Below, piece by piece: positions 17,208 through 27,051 of a stretch of 64,000 nt of DNA. The DNA comes from Candidatus Poribacteria bacterium (GTDB taxonomy: Bacteria; Poribacteria; WGA-4E; WGA-3G): positions 27,331 to 91,330 of the forward strand of contig RKRR01000138.1 in NCBI GenBank assembly GCA_007571305.1. The letters run 5' to 3'. Numbering within the stretch: the first letter of the stretch is position 1; each line of letters opens with the position of its first letter. Made by a program: the position numbers and the translations under genes. The notes beneath the pieces are model-generated. The model worked only from the letters and a program-made list of their open reading frames with translations. It did no database searches and had not been told where the DNA came from.

Positions 17208-19217
17208 TTAATTGTGGTCCTCTTGCAACCAAGCAAGGTTAAATCGATAATGTTGACGACTGCTAATTAGATGTATAATCCCATTCTGTCCTTGGCAAAC
17301 GGCGAGATAACCGCCGAGTTCTGCATCGTTTAACCCCATCGTAAAGGGACGTCCATCCATCGTCTCGATCTCTCGATCTTCTCCATCATCTGTAATCAGG
17401 CGCATACATTCCCATGTTTCGCCGTCGTCATAAGATAACGCACCGAAGAGCCCTGTGACGAGCCGTTCATTTCCAGAAGCATCAACGATCGGCATGGGGG
17501 TCGGAACTGTCCGCTCTCCTGTGAAGGTCGCAAGAAAAATCGGTCCCTCTTGAAGTCGTAGCAGAACGCAGCGTTGTCCACCAGAAACGAGTGGAAACGG
17601 ACTTGCACTGTAATGCCATGTCCTGCCACCATCTGAGGAGAGGCTCTTCGGCATCCGTCCGTTAATTGTATCACCTCTACCGTAAGCCATCAACCTTCCA
17701 TCTGTGAGTTCAACCACGGCTGCATGGATGCCAGCGATCCATCCACCCTGTTTGCCGTCGGCGAATTCAGGGATCGGTTGTCCCGCTCCCGGATCGTACC
17801 ATGTTTCACCATCGTCGTCACTCAGCCATATTGCGGTGCCACCGTTACCCCCGCTCACTGCATCGCAGGCGAGGAGGATCGAACCGTTCTGTCTGCGGAA
17901 AACAGAGGCAATCGGCATATGCCGAAGTCGGTGCTCTGGCGATATGAGGCGCGGTCTAGACCAAGTAGCACCGTTATCGTCAGAGTAGCGTAACACCAAC
18001 GCTAAGGGCCCCCATGTTGCAGCAGCGGAGAGGCCATTGAAGTGATAAATCCGTCCATTCTCGTTTCGCCAAAGGGACGTAGCGTGGTTGTTCCGATCGG
18101 GCGGACCCCAGAAGGGTTCGGCTGGGTCCCATTCGGTTTCACCAAAGCGCAATCGGCTCGCGGCGACTGTCAATTCACGTCCACGCTCTGTTACACACGA
18201 ATACCACGCCGCGAACATATCACCGTTCGGACATTCCGCAATCGCTGGGACATGATTATGCGCCGAAAAAAGCGGACCATTTGAACCTTCTGGAATTTGA
18301 ACGTATGTGAGTGGTTCCGCAAAATAAGGGGATTCTGGCGCGGGTGCACCCCTATTTTCCTGTTTAACGTCGCGTCCCCATAAGGCTACTTTAGATGCTG
18401 GGGTTGGAGAGGCCTGCGGCATCTCGCCACAGACGACACGGAATCCGATGTACCAGTGTTTATCTTCTGGTACTGCTCCCATCCGATTGGCTGATCGTAG
18501 ATAACAGAGTAACGTCGAGTGACTGCCACCCCGTGTAACGCGATACAAGCCTTCTTCCCGACCCACAGGATCCACCTGTGAATCTGGTTCGTAAGTCCCA
18601 TACCAATCTTGGCACCACTCCTCTACATTTCCGTGCATATCGTATACGCCCCAGGCGTTGGGTGGTGTCTGCCCAACATGTAAAGGCACGATTTCTTCTA
18701 CCCCACGACTCCGTTCTGTATCCGGGTACCAACTCTCTCCAACATTTTTATGGTACGCAGGCGGTAATGTATCGCCCGTATGAAAATGGGTTGTTGTCCC
18801 TGCACGACACACATATTCCCACTCTGCTTCGGTTGGCAGGCGATACGGAAGTCCCTCCTTTTCGGATAGCCATTTACAGAATCGCGTCGCATCGTACCAA
18901 TCCACAAACACAACCGCTTCAGTATCGTCCTGTGAAAAGCCCAGTTTTCCGCGGAGTTCCTTGTGGGCAGGTTGGAATTCTTCATATTGTGCATTCGTCA
19001 TCTGAAAAATGCCGATGTAGAACGGTGTAGTGAGGGTTACTTGATGCACCGGCTGTTCATCCCAATCGCCGTCGCGGAGGTATGCTTTTCCGGCTGTCAA
19101 CTCATCTGATAGCCCTGCGTTCTTTGAACCCATGCGAAAGGTCCCGGGTTCAATTCTAACGAGCTGCATCCCTATTGAATTTGTATACGTTTGACCTTCA
19201 ATCGCCAATTTCTGCAT
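17208..19217 (-). CDS. fusion protein: FGE-sulfatase (SUMF1-like) domain plus BNR/Asp-box sialidase-like propeller
   Basis: N-terminal half carries RLPTEAEWEYVCRAG, MHGNVEEWCQDWY, RGGSH and GFRVV. C-terminal half has four SxDxGxTW boxes (SDDNGATW, SDDDGETW, SSDGGRTW, SYDDGETW). ATG at 19217 has an AAGGAAG RBS; the TTG at 19253 is an alternative start. Confidence 0.8.
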   Translation of the reverse strand: MQKLAIEGQTYTNSIGMQLVRIEPGTFRMGSKNAGLSDELTAGKAYLRDGDWDEQPVHQVTLTTPFYIGIFQMTNAQYEEFQPAHKELRGKLGFSQDDTEAVVFVDWYDATRFCKWLSEKEGLPYRLPTEAEWEYVCRAGTTTHFHTGDTLPPAYHKNVGESWYPDTERSRGVEEIVPLHVGQTPPNAWGVYDMHGNVEEWCQDWYGTYEPDSQVDPVGREEGLYRVTRGGSHSTLLCYLRSANRMGAVPEDKHWYIGFRVVCGEMPQASPTPASKVALWGRDVKQENRGAPAPESPYFAEPLTYVQIPEGSNGPLFSAHNHVPAIAECPNGDMFAAWYSCVTERGRELTVAASRLRFGETEWDPAEPFWGPPDRNNHATSLWRNENGRIYHFNGLSAAATWGPLALVLRYSDDNGATWSRPRLISPEHRLRHMPIASVFRRQNGSILLACDAVSGGNGGTAIWLSDDDGETWYDPGAGQPIPEFADGKQGGWIAGIHAAVVELTDGRLMAYGRGDTINGRMPKSLSSDGGRTWHYSASPFPLVSGGQRCVLLRLQEGPIFLATFTGERTVPTPMPIVDASGNERLVTGLFGALSYDDGETWECMRLITDDGEDREIETMDGRPFTMGLNDAELGGYLAVCQGQNGIIHLISSRQHYRFNLAWLQEDHN

Positions 19218-19357
19218 CGTCTTCCTTTTTCCTTTGTTTTCAAGCAGTGCCAAGTTCAGTATAGGAAGCCTGAAAGTTGAATTCTAAATCGCTTTCACCG
19301 ATGTTATTATACCAAATCGGACTGAATTTATCCTCAGAAAAAGTATGATTGCTTGTT

Positions 19358-19485
19358 ATAACCCAAGTTGCCAGTGCTGTAGCATCACCTGTTAGGTTGT
19401 GCCTCTTCACATCGAAAATCACACGGATTACCGCCAATTTTTCGCAAAAATGAAGGAGTTTCGCTGAAAAATGGGGTTCGTGGAT
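19358..19485 (+). repeat. MITE-like repeat, family B, copy B2 (right end missing)
   Basis: ATAACCCAAGTTGCCAGTGCTGTAGCATCACCTGTTAGGTTGTGCC..., collinear with 56249-56407 up to GTTCGTGGAT. Confidence 0.7.
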
Positions 19486-19507
19486 GGGAATGTTTCATTA
19501 AATTTAC

Positions 19508-19536
19508 TTGCATTCTTAACAGAGTTGTAGTATAAT
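19508..19536 (+). promoter_or_regulatory. sigma70-like promoter candidate (TTGCAT-17 nt-TATAAT)
   Basis: Near-consensus hexamers lie 70 nt upstream of the ATG at 19606, which has an AGGAG RBS. Confidence 0.5.
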
Positions 19537-19605
19537 TAATAGTGGAAAATTCCTATTTTTAGACCGAAATTCGACTTTCCAATTGCGCCGAAATAGGAGA
19601 ACCCA

Positions 19606-21549
19606 ATGCAATCCCAAGACGTTATCGAAGAACAGTACCGCGAAGCCGTGGAGATGCTTGTCGAAAAGGTTCAGAAGGATCCTTACGTTCTCGCTGCCAT
19701 TGTTGGGGGCAGTTTCTCTTATGCCCAGGTATGGGAAAAATCGGATGTTGATATGGAACTCATCGGCAGAGACGCGATTCGTCCGACGCAAAGTTTCTTT
19801 TCGCTTGTTGAAAATGGTGTAAATATCCACCTGAGTATAATCCCACGTAATGCTTTTAAACGGCTCATAGAGGGTGCTCAACAGGGGTCCTTCATGCACT
19901 CCTATTTCTCGCACAGCACACTCCTTTTTTCACGCGATGCCTCCATCCAAGAATGGTATGATAAGAACGCGAACCGCGACAACATCGGCGAACGAGATAA
20001 ACAGTTTCAACTGCTCAGCGTCATTGCCAGCACACTGCCGAGCCTCGTCTATGCTGAAAAGCAGTTTTACGTCAACAAAGATTGCCTCACCTCTTTTCTC
20101 TCACTGCTGAATGTTGTGCAAGGATTAGCGCGTTTGGAGGTGCTTTTGAACAATGAAATTCCGGTACGAGAGGTCATTCAACCTGCACTCCGTTACAACC
20201 CAGATTTCTTTCACAGCGTCTATACAGATTTGATGAACTGTGAAAAGAACGAGAGAGTCATACAGGACGCACTGGATGCAATTAACGCCTATCTTGATGA
20301 GCGGCAGTTTATCTTCCAGCCGATTCTTGATTATCTCATTGAGCAGAAGGCACCGCGGACGAATACCGAATTGAACGCAGACTTAGGGCGTGGCTTACAT
20401 GTCAACAGTGAAGGTCTTCCTGAATTTGAGGACGAACCCTTAGATTTAGTCTGTCAATGGCTTGCTTGGAAAGGGATTATTAGACAAGTCGCGATGCCGA
20501 TAAAACTTACAGCAAAAAGTCAGGTCCCTGTGGAGGAGCCAGCTTATTATTACGATGGTACTGTAGGAGCGAGCGGTGCTCGCGATTCCTCTCAAGTACA
20601 CCAGCAAGATGACATCCATGCTCAGATTCATCAGGCATTGGACAATTTAACGGACACATTTGAGGAGGACATGTACATCCTCGCGGCGATTCTCACCAGT
20701 AACCTCGCCGAGGACAACATCTGGGAAAAAACGATACCTTACATTACACTTATCCTGAGAGATGGAACAAAAATCAAGCGGAAGGAATATCAGTTGATTG
20801 AAGATGGAATTCCGTTCCGGGTTCAACTCTACACCCGCGGCGACTATAGAAAGTTGTTGGATGGCGCACTACAAGGGAGTTCACTCCATTCAATTCTCGC
20901 CGAAAGCCGTGTCCTGTTTTCGAAAGATAGTCTCTTTTCTGTAGGTGGTAATGCTAATTTCCGTGTGGGTGATCCTTCCTGTCTGCAGGTAGGTGAACGG
21001 GATAAACACTCTCAACTCCTCAATGCTGCCTCTCAGGTGACAGCCATACTCGCAAAAGCCGAAAAGTGGTTCCACCTCAAGCGCGATATGGATTATACGT
21101 TTCTCTATCTAACATACGCTGTCAGAGAATTGGCACGTATTGAAGTCCTCCTGCACAATGAAACGCCGAGACGTAAGGTGATTTATCAAGCACTTGCGCA
21201 CAACCCCTCCTTTTTCAATGCCGTTTTCGCGGATCTCATAGACAAACAAAAAGACGAGACAATGCTTCGCGATGCCCTTGAACAGATGGATGCATATTTA
21301 GAGGAGAATCTACAGACGCTGTTCAAGCCGTTGCTCGATTTCTTAGAGGAATCGGGTGACGAGCGCACAATAACCGATATCTTTATCCATTTCGGTGGGC
21401 GCGCGCTTGCCTTTGAATTGGCGTGTGAATGGCTAGCACAGAAAGGGGTTATTGAACAGTTTTCCGCACCGATCCGTTTGACAAAGGATAGCCAAACTTC
21501 CGTGGAGGAACCCGCATATTATTTCGATGCAAATAATCCGTTTCTATAG
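19606..21549 (+). CDS. tandem-duplicated nucleotidyltransferase-fold protein (active-looking N-half, degenerate C-half)
   Basis: The two halves align by eye. Each ends in WLAxKGxIxQ..PIxLTxxSQ..VEEPAYYxD. Half 1 keeps GGS...DVD (GGSFSYAQVWEKSDVDMEL). Half 2 has TSNLAEDNIWEKTIPYITL at the same place. Confidence 0.7.
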   Translation: MQSQDVIEEQYREAVEMLVEKVQKDPYVLAAIVGGSFSYAQVWEKSDVDMELIGRDAIRPTQSFFSLVENGVNIHLSIIPRNAFKRLIEGAQQGSFMHSYFSHSTLLFSRDASIQEWYDKNANRDNIGERDKQFQLLSVIASTLPSLVYAEKQFYVNKDCLTSFLSLLNVVQGLARLEVLLNNEIPVREVIQPALRYNPDFFHSVYTDLMNCEKNERVIQDALDAINAYLDERQFIFQPILDYLIEQKAPRTNTELNADLGRGLHVNSEGLPEFEDEPLDLVCQWLAWKGIIRQVAMPIKLTAKSQVPVEEPAYYYDGTVGASGARDSSQVHQQDDIHAQIHQALDNLTDTFEEDMYILAAILTSNLAEDNIWEKTIPYITLILRDGTKIKRKEYQLIEDGIPFRVQLYTRGDYRKLLDGALQGSSLHSILAESRVLFSKDSLFSVGGNANFRVGDPSCLQVGERDKHSQLLNAASQVTAILAKAEKWFHLKRDMDYTFLYLTYAVRELARIEVLLHNETPRRKVIYQALAHNPSFFNAVFADLIDKQKDETMLRDALEQMDAYLEENLQTLFKPLLDFLEESGDERTITDIFIHFGGRALAFELACEWLAQKGVIEQFSAPIRLTKDSQTSVEEPAYYFDANNPFL

Positions 21550-21589
21550 GGCAAATTTTCATGTTTTTTCAGAAAGGGGTATCGATCAA

Positions 21590-21831
21590 ATGACTGAAAT
21601 AGGCGTTCACGAAGCAAAGAGGCATTTGTCAAGGTTTCTCAAACGGGTTGAAAACGGAGAAAGTTTTCTTTAACCAATAGAGGTAAAGTTGTAGCAGTAA
21701 TGGTTCCGCCTTGTGAGGTCGAGCAAGTTAAGGGGAGTGACGCTTACAGTCAATTAATTGAATTACGCGCAAGATTCCCGATTGGAACAGTTCGTGAGGT
21801 GAGGGATTGGAAGAACGAAGACCGTAGATGA
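21590..21831 (+). pseudogene. Phd/YefM-type antitoxin, frameshifted
   Basis: MTEIGVHEAKRHLSRFLKRVENGESFL stops at 21671-21673. The expected continuation TNRGKVVAVMVPP...DWKNEDRR lies in the +1 frame. The frame breaks in a T-rich run. Confidence 0.6.
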
Positions 21832-21914
21832 TGGTCGTTGATTGTTCAGTGTTAATTGCCGGTCTTCTACCTGATGAAATTGAGTTACAAGCGCAAGCAT
21901 TTTTGGTAGACTGA
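21828..21914 (+). pseudogene. PIN-domain (VapC-like) toxin, N-terminal 28-codon remnant
   Basis: The start overlaps the antitoxin stop (ATGATG). [17 protein letters not shown] is a typical PIN N-terminus. The frame ends after 28 codons, just before uvrA. Confidence 0.5.
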
Positions 21915-21956
21915 CAACTGCTGTAAATTTTTCTAACTGACAGGAGGGACATATAG

Positions 21957-24827
21957 ATGAGACAGACGGTCGCCGTTAAAGGCGCACGAGAAAATAATCT
22001 ACAAAATATTGAAGTTGAGATTCCACGAGACCAACTCGTCGTTGTTACAGGTATCAGCGGTTCAGGGAAATCTTCATTGGCATTTGATACAGTCTATGCC
22101 GAGGGGCAACGTCGATTCTTGGAGTCTATGTCCACGTACGCCAAACGTTTTATTACACAACTCAAAAAACCGGATGTCGATTTCGTTGATGGGTTGTCCC
22201 CTGTCGTTTCTATTGAACAGAAAACCATCACGATGAATCCGCGCTCCACCGTCGGCACGATGACCGATTTACAAGACTTCCTCCGAATGCTCTTCGCAAC
22301 TATTGGTGTCGCGCATTGTCCATATTGTGAAGGTGAAATCCCGATCCGTTCCCATTATCAGATATTGGAACGGATGCTCTCAATGCCAGAAGGCACCGAG
22401 GTTGAGATTCACGCTCCGGTCTTCAAAATCTACGGTGAAGATTATGACTATCTCTTTGACGACATTCGTACCAAAGGGTGTAGACACGTCAGGATTGATG
22501 GGATTGAACACGACATCAGCGAAGAAATTGAACTCGATCCGGATCAGGAATATGACATCCAAGTTATCGTTGACAAATTCTTTGTGAAAAAAGAGATTGA
22601 CAAACAGGTGCTCGCTTCTCTTGAGCACGCTATGCTCGTCGGCGAAGGATTCATGCGTTTTGATGTGCAGTTTCCGGAGGATACCGAAACTGATGCAATA
22701 GATTTATTGGAAGGTTTCGGATGTCCTAAACACGGAGTGCTCATGGCTGAGTTGGGACCGCATCACTTTACTTTTAATGAACCGACTGGAGCATGTGTAA
22801 CCTGTTCTGGACTTGGCACCTATTTGCAGGTGCATCCGAATCTACTCGTTCCTGATAAGAGTCGGAGTATTGCTGATGGAGCGTTCGTCCATCAAGCCTT
22901 TAACTACGATCCCGATAGGTGGGATGGTAGGACAATGTACAGCCTTGCTGGACACTACGGGTTCGACCTGGGTGCTCCTTTTGCAGACCTTCCAGGAAAA
23001 ATTATTGATATCCTTTATCACGGCACACACGGCGAAGAGTTCCCAATCCTGCAACCAGAAGGGGCACGACCTGTTGAGAGACGCCACCTCGGTCGGAAGA
23101 TCCGTTTTGATGGGATCATCACTCGGATTGATAGGCATTATCGGCGTTACCGAAAACAGGGCGAGGCACACTCTGGGATGGAAGAGTATCTCCGAAAGGT
23201 GATGGTAGAGCGGACCTGTCCCGATTGCCACGGGGCCAAACTCAAGCGACAGCGACTTCTCGTTACTATTGAGGGTCAAACAATTCATGATGTCGGTGAA
23301 CTGCACTTTGAAGAATTACGGGATTTCTTGCTGACTATCACGGATATTCCAGAGAAGCAGCGGGAAGCAGGCAATCGCGTTATCAAAGAACTGGTCACTC
23401 GGATTAACCTTCTGCTCGGTATCGGATTGGATTACCTAAACCTCAATCGCCGTTCTGCAACACTCTCCGGTGGAGAATCGCAACGCATCCGTCTCTCCAC
23501 ACAGATCGGCTCTGGATTGATGGGGATGCTCTATGTTCTTGATGAACCGAGTATCGGTCTACATCCAAAAGACAATGTGAAAATGATAGAGACCCTACGC
23601 AAGTTGCGTGACATTGGGAACACCGTTATCGTTGTTGAACACGATGAAAACACAATTCGCGCCGCGGATCATATCATTGAACTCGGACCCGGACCGGGTA
23701 TCCACGGTGGGGAGGTCGTTGTTCAAGGCAAGCTTGAAACAATTCTTGGCTGTCCTGAATCTCTGACAGGGCTCTATATGAGTGGACGGCGCGAAATCCC
23801 ACTTCCCGAACAGCGTCGTAACTTAAATGGGACCTTCTTGAGTATCACCGGTGCCAGCGAAAACAATCTCAGAAACATTGACGTTGATATTCCGCTCGGT
23901 GTGCTTATCTGCATCACGGGGGCATCTGGCTCCGGTAAGAGTACGCTCGTCAACGAGATCCTTTACAAGAAACTTCATTCTCTCTACCATGACAGTCGGA
24001 CGCTCTATGGCGCACACGAGGAGCTTGAAGGGCACCAGCACCTGAATGACGTTATCAACATTGATCAATCCCCTATTGGACGTTCACCACGCTCAAATCC
24101 TGCTACCTACATCGGATTTTACGATAATATTCGCAAACTTTTCGCCAGTACCCCACTTGCCCTTGCGAGGGACTATACCGCCTCTCGGTTCAGTTTCAAC
24201 GTCAAAGGCGGACGATGTGAAGAGTGCCACGGCGAAGGCACTATCACTACTAAACTCCACTTTATGCCGGATGTTGAAGTCGTTTGTCCGACCTGTAAGG
24301 GCGCACGTTATAATGAGGATACGCTTGATGTTACCTACAATGGAAGGAATATCTCCGAGATTCTCAATATGTCAATTGAGGAAGGCGTTGCGTTCTTTGC
24401 AGATCAGCGGTTGATTCATCATAAATTGAATGTCCTTTACCAACTTGGTATGGGGTATCTCCAGATTGGTCACCCTGCTACTATTCTCTCTGGTGGTGAA
24501 GCGCAACGGGTAAAGTTGGCAAGCGAGCTTGGCAAAATCAAGCGAGGTAAGCATAATCTCTATATCCTAGATGAACCGACCACAGGACTCCACATCGCAG
24601 ACGTGCAGAAACTCTTGGACAGCCTCAACCGCCTCGTCGATAGTGGACATACAGTCGTTGTGATTGAGCATCATTTGGATGTCATCAAAACTGCCGATTA
24701 TGTCATCGATCTCGGTCCTGAGGGTGGACATAAGGGGGGCGAGGTATTAGCTCACGGAACTCCCGAAGAGATCGCTAAAGTCAAGGTATCTTACACTGGA
24801 CAATTTTTGAAAGAATATCTTATCTAA
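21957..24827 (+). CDS. uvrA: excinuclease ABC subunit A
   Basis: 956 aa. Two ABC modules ([20 protein letters not shown]; [22 protein letters not shown]), zinc-finger Cys clusters and a GGAGG RBS. Confidence 0.97.
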   Translation: MRQTVAVKGARENNLQNIEVEIPRDQLVVVTGISGSGKSSLAFDTVYAEGQRRFLESMSTYAKRFITQLKKPDVDFVDGLSPVVSIEQKTITMNPRSTVGTMTDLQDFLRMLFATIGVAHCPYCEGEIPIRSHYQILERMLSMPEGTEVEIHAPVFKIYGEDYDYLFDDIRTKGCRHVRIDGIEHDISEEIELDPDQEYDIQVIVDKFFVKKEIDKQVLASLEHAMLVGEGFMRFDVQFPEDTETDAIDLLEGFGCPKHGVLMAELGPHHFTFNEPTGACVTCSGLGTYLQVHPNLLVPDKSRSIADGAFVHQAFNYDPDRWDGRTMYSLAGHYGFDLGAPFADLPGKIIDILYHGTHGEEFPILQPEGARPVERRHLGRKIRFDGIITRIDRHYRRYRKQGEAHSGMEEYLRKVMVERTCPDCHGAKLKRQRLLVTIEGQTIHDVGELHFEELRDFLLTITDIPEKQREAGNRVIKELVTRINLLLGIGLDYLNLNRRSATLSGGESQRIRLSTQIGSGLMGMLYVLDEPSIGLHPKDNVKMIETLRKLRDIGNTVIVVEHDENTIRAADHIIELGPGPGIHGGEVVVQGKLETILGCPESLTGLYMSGRREIPLPEQRRNLNGTFLSITGASENNLRNIDVDIPLGVLICITGASGSGKSTLVNEILYKKLHSLYHDSRTLYGAHEELEGHQHLNDVINIDQSPIGRSPRSNPATYIGFYDNIRKLFASTPLALARDYTASRFSFNVKGGRCEECHGEGTITTKLHFMPDVEVVCPTCKGARYNEDTLDVTYNGRNISEILNMSIEEGVAFFADQRLIHHKLNVLYQLGMGYLQIGHPATILSGGEAQRVKLASELGKIKRGKHNLYILDEPTTGLHIADVQKLLDSLNRLVDSGHTVVVIEHHLDVIKTADYVIDLGPEGGHKGGEVLAHGTPEEIAKVKVSYTGQFLKEYLI

Positions 24828-24890
24828 ACATGTTGAGGCACGGTTGCAATATTGTATGAGAACCTATAAACTTAAGTGGATCGGATCCGT

Positions 24891-25133
24891 ATGAGGCGAA
24901 AGGACAGACTGGTAGCAAAAGCAAGAAATAATCCGAACAGTTTGAGTTTTCGTGAATTTGAAACCTTACTTTCCCAGTGTGGATGGGTTTTTGACCATCA
25001 GACAGGTAGTCATCGTATCTGGTACTCGTCTAATCGCTATCGTTTGCCAATTCAGTCTAAGAGGGGACAAGCAAAAGGATATCAGGTAAGAGAATTTCTC
25101 AGTCAATATGATCAGGAGACGCAAAATGAGTAA
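24891..25133 (+). CDS. hicA: HicA-family mRNA interferase toxin
   Basis: FREFETLLSQCGWVFDHQTGSHRIWY...LPIQ fits the HicA/YcfA pattern (GSH). Toxin-first order. The stop overlaps the hicB start. The track start is GTG at 24876. Confidence 0.8.
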   Translation: MRRKDRLVAKARNNPNSLSFREFETLLSQCGWVFDHQTGSHRIWYSSNRYRLPIQSKRGQAKGYQVREFLSQYDQETQNE

Positions 25134-25488
25134 AGATGTATTTGATGGGTTTAACGTGAACGTATTTCTTGACGAAGACGGTGATTACTTAGCTCATTTT
25201 GTTGAGATGCCCAACGTGTCGGCGTTTTCGGATACACCAGAAGGAGCGTTGAGAGAACTCGCTGTCGCTTGGAAAGGGGTTAAAGAAAGTTATGAAAAAT
25301 ATCGTGAACCTATTCCAAAAGCACCTATTCGGCCGGAGGATGAAGCACCGTTCAAAGTTGCCATTGATGCCCAACTTTATCATGACCTGGCAGATGAAGC
25401 TGCGGAAACAGGAATGAGTCTTTATGCTCTCGTGGTGCAAAAATTGAAGTTGACAGGACCCATCGTTCGAGAAGGAGTGGATGGGTAG
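25126..25488 (+). CDS. hicB: HicB-family antitoxin
   Basis: ATG at 25126 follows AGGAG and overlaps the hicA stop (ATGAGTAA). N-terminal HicB fold signature (YLAHFVEMPNVSAFSDTPEGALREL) and a C-terminal RHH-like tail. Confidence 0.8.
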   Translation: MSKDVFDGFNVNVFLDEDGDYLAHFVEMPNVSAFSDTPEGALRELAVAWKGVKESYEKYREPIPKAPIRPEDEAPFKVAIDAQLYHDLADEAAETGMSLYALVVQKLKLTGPIVREGVDG

Positions 25489-25637
25489 AAGGTTGTCAAT
25501 AGTGGACATACCGTTGATATTTTCCCCTTGCAAAATTAACCCAAATCGTGTACACTTTATCTAATCTTCCGCTACAAAACCCCTTCCTTTAGGTTTGGGA
25601 GGTAGTAGCGGTTCGGCAGTTGTGTGAAGAAAAAAAC

Positions 25638-25666
25638 TTGACACATACACAAAAATATGTTATAAC
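25638..25666 (+). promoter_or_regulatory. sigma70-like promoter candidate for tnpB (TTGACA-17 nt-TATAAC)
   Basis: Consensus -35 box and a good -10 box, about 100 nt upstream of the ATG at 25767. Confidence 0.4.
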
Positions 25667-25766
25667 GAGCGTATCAAGTTGGCAGACAGGAATAGCATTA
25701 CCGCTTGGTAATGTGTCGGTTTCCTACCCACTATTCAGGGGGTAAAGACTTGATACTTGATAGACC

Positions 25767-26870
25767 ATGCGAACCTATAAATATCAAATACGCGAAACTC
25801 CGAAAAATAAGCGTATCGGCAACTTACTCGATGATATGTGGCAGGTGCATGAGTATTTCCATAAATGGCAACGACAACGCTATAAAGATGGCTTATCCTA
25901 TGCTAACTATAATGCAATGTCTGCTCATTTAACAGCGATCAAAAAGATTACATATCCTCATTGGCAAGCATTACCAAGTCAAGCGATACAATCCGAATTA
26001 AAACGGATTGATGCGGCATACCAACAGTTTTTTAAGAAACTTGGGGGTAGACCGAACATCAAAAAACGCCATAAGTTTAAGTCTATTACTTTTCCGGGTC
26101 ATGCGGGATGGAAACTAAAAGAAAACCGCCTGATATTATCTTTTCGTAAATGGGATTCGGGGACCTCCAAGTGGAAGTTTGATAAAGTGCCTTATACCTT
26201 TCATAAACATAGAGGATTTAAGAGAACTATCAGATGTATTACGATAAAACGCGATACTGTTGGCACTTATTGGCTTTATGTGATAACCGATGCCTCCACG
26301 ACCGACCCTTATTCACCTACAGGTGAGAGCGTAGGAATAGATTTTGGTTTGGAGACCTACTTGACCCTGAGTAACGGCGAAAAGATTCAATCGCCACACT
26401 ATCTGAAACAGTCCTTGAAAACATTGCGCATTCTTCACAAAAGTCTTTCGCGTAAAGTGAGAGGTTCTAATAATTGGTGGCGTTGTGTGCGTCAATTGGC
26501 ACGTGTGTATCGGCATATCGCGAATCAACGCAAAGATTGGCATTGGAAACTGGTGACTGACCTCTGTAGGCGTTTTGATACCCTCGCTGTTGAGCTGCTG
26601 AACCTTGAGGGTATGAAACGGCTTTGGGGCCGGCAAGTCTCCGATCTTTCGTTTGGACAGTTTGTCGAGATCTTGAAGTTCAAGTGTATCAAACATCATC
26701 GTGAGTTCTGTCAAGTCGGACAGTGGACACCGACAACAAAACCGTGTTCAGATTGTGGGTCTCCTAATCACACGCTTTCTCTCTCGGATCGGCAGTGGAT
26801 CTGTCCTGAATGTGGGTCTCACCACGATAGAGATGTCAACGCTGCGAGAAACATTCTTCGGGCTGCTTAG
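25767..26870 (+). CDS. tnpB: TnpB (IS605 OrfB family) RNA-guided endonuclease
   Basis: MRTYKYQI N-terminus. RuvC triad contexts GIDFG, AVELLNLEGM and HHDRDVNAARNI. Zinc finger CSDCG...CPECG. Confidence 0.92.
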   Translation: MRTYKYQIRETPKNKRIGNLLDDMWQVHEYFHKWQRQRYKDGLSYANYNAMSAHLTAIKKITYPHWQALPSQAIQSELKRIDAAYQQFFKKLGGRPNIKKRHKFKSITFPGHAGWKLKENRLILSFRKWDSGTSKWKFDKVPYTFHKHRGFKRTIRCITIKRDTVGTYWLYVITDASTTDPYSPTGESVGIDFGLETYLTLSNGEKIQSPHYLKQSLKTLRILHKSLSRKVRGSNNWWRCVRQLARVYRHIANQRKDWHWKLVTDLCRRFDTLAVELLNLEGMKRLWGRQVSDLSFGQFVEILKFKCIKHHREFCQVGQWTPTTKPCSDCGSPNHTLSLSDRQWICPECGSHHDRDVNAARNILRAA

Positions 26871-26965
26871 ATCCCCCTGTGGAGCAGACGTAAGACGGTT
26901 CTTCGGAAACGCCGACTGCTACGAAGCACAAGCCCACGCCTTTAGGCGGTGGGTGCTATGACAGC
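26760..26965 (+). ncRNA. putative omega (right-end) guide RNA scaffold of TnpB; extent approximate
   Basis: The position overlaps the tnpB 3' end and the right end, as in characterised TnpB systems. Terminal hairpin GCCCACGCC-TTTA-GGCGGTGGGTGC lies at 26932-26957. Confidence 0.4.
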
Positions 26966-27051
26966 ATGAAGTTGGGGGTGATAACACACGACTTACAAGT
27001 CTATATGACAAAGTGTGCTTTCCCCGAATACGACAAGGCAAGAGGTAACCA

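Larger units (their letters stand above)
25560..26965 (+). mobile_element. IS200/IS605-family element of the tnpB-only (IS1341-like) type; boundaries approximate
   Basis: tnpB has no tnpA. Subterminal imperfect hairpins at 25569-25611 and 26932-26954 both present CCTTTAGG at the tip. Confidence 0.55.

Noticed and set aside
19240-19437. 65-aa minus-strand ORF
   Set aside because: It lies inside family B repeat copy B2, so the sequence is repeat-derived.
21728-21952. 74-aa minus-strand ORF upstream of uvrA
   Set aside because: It is antisense to the phd/vapC relic, which explains the region better.
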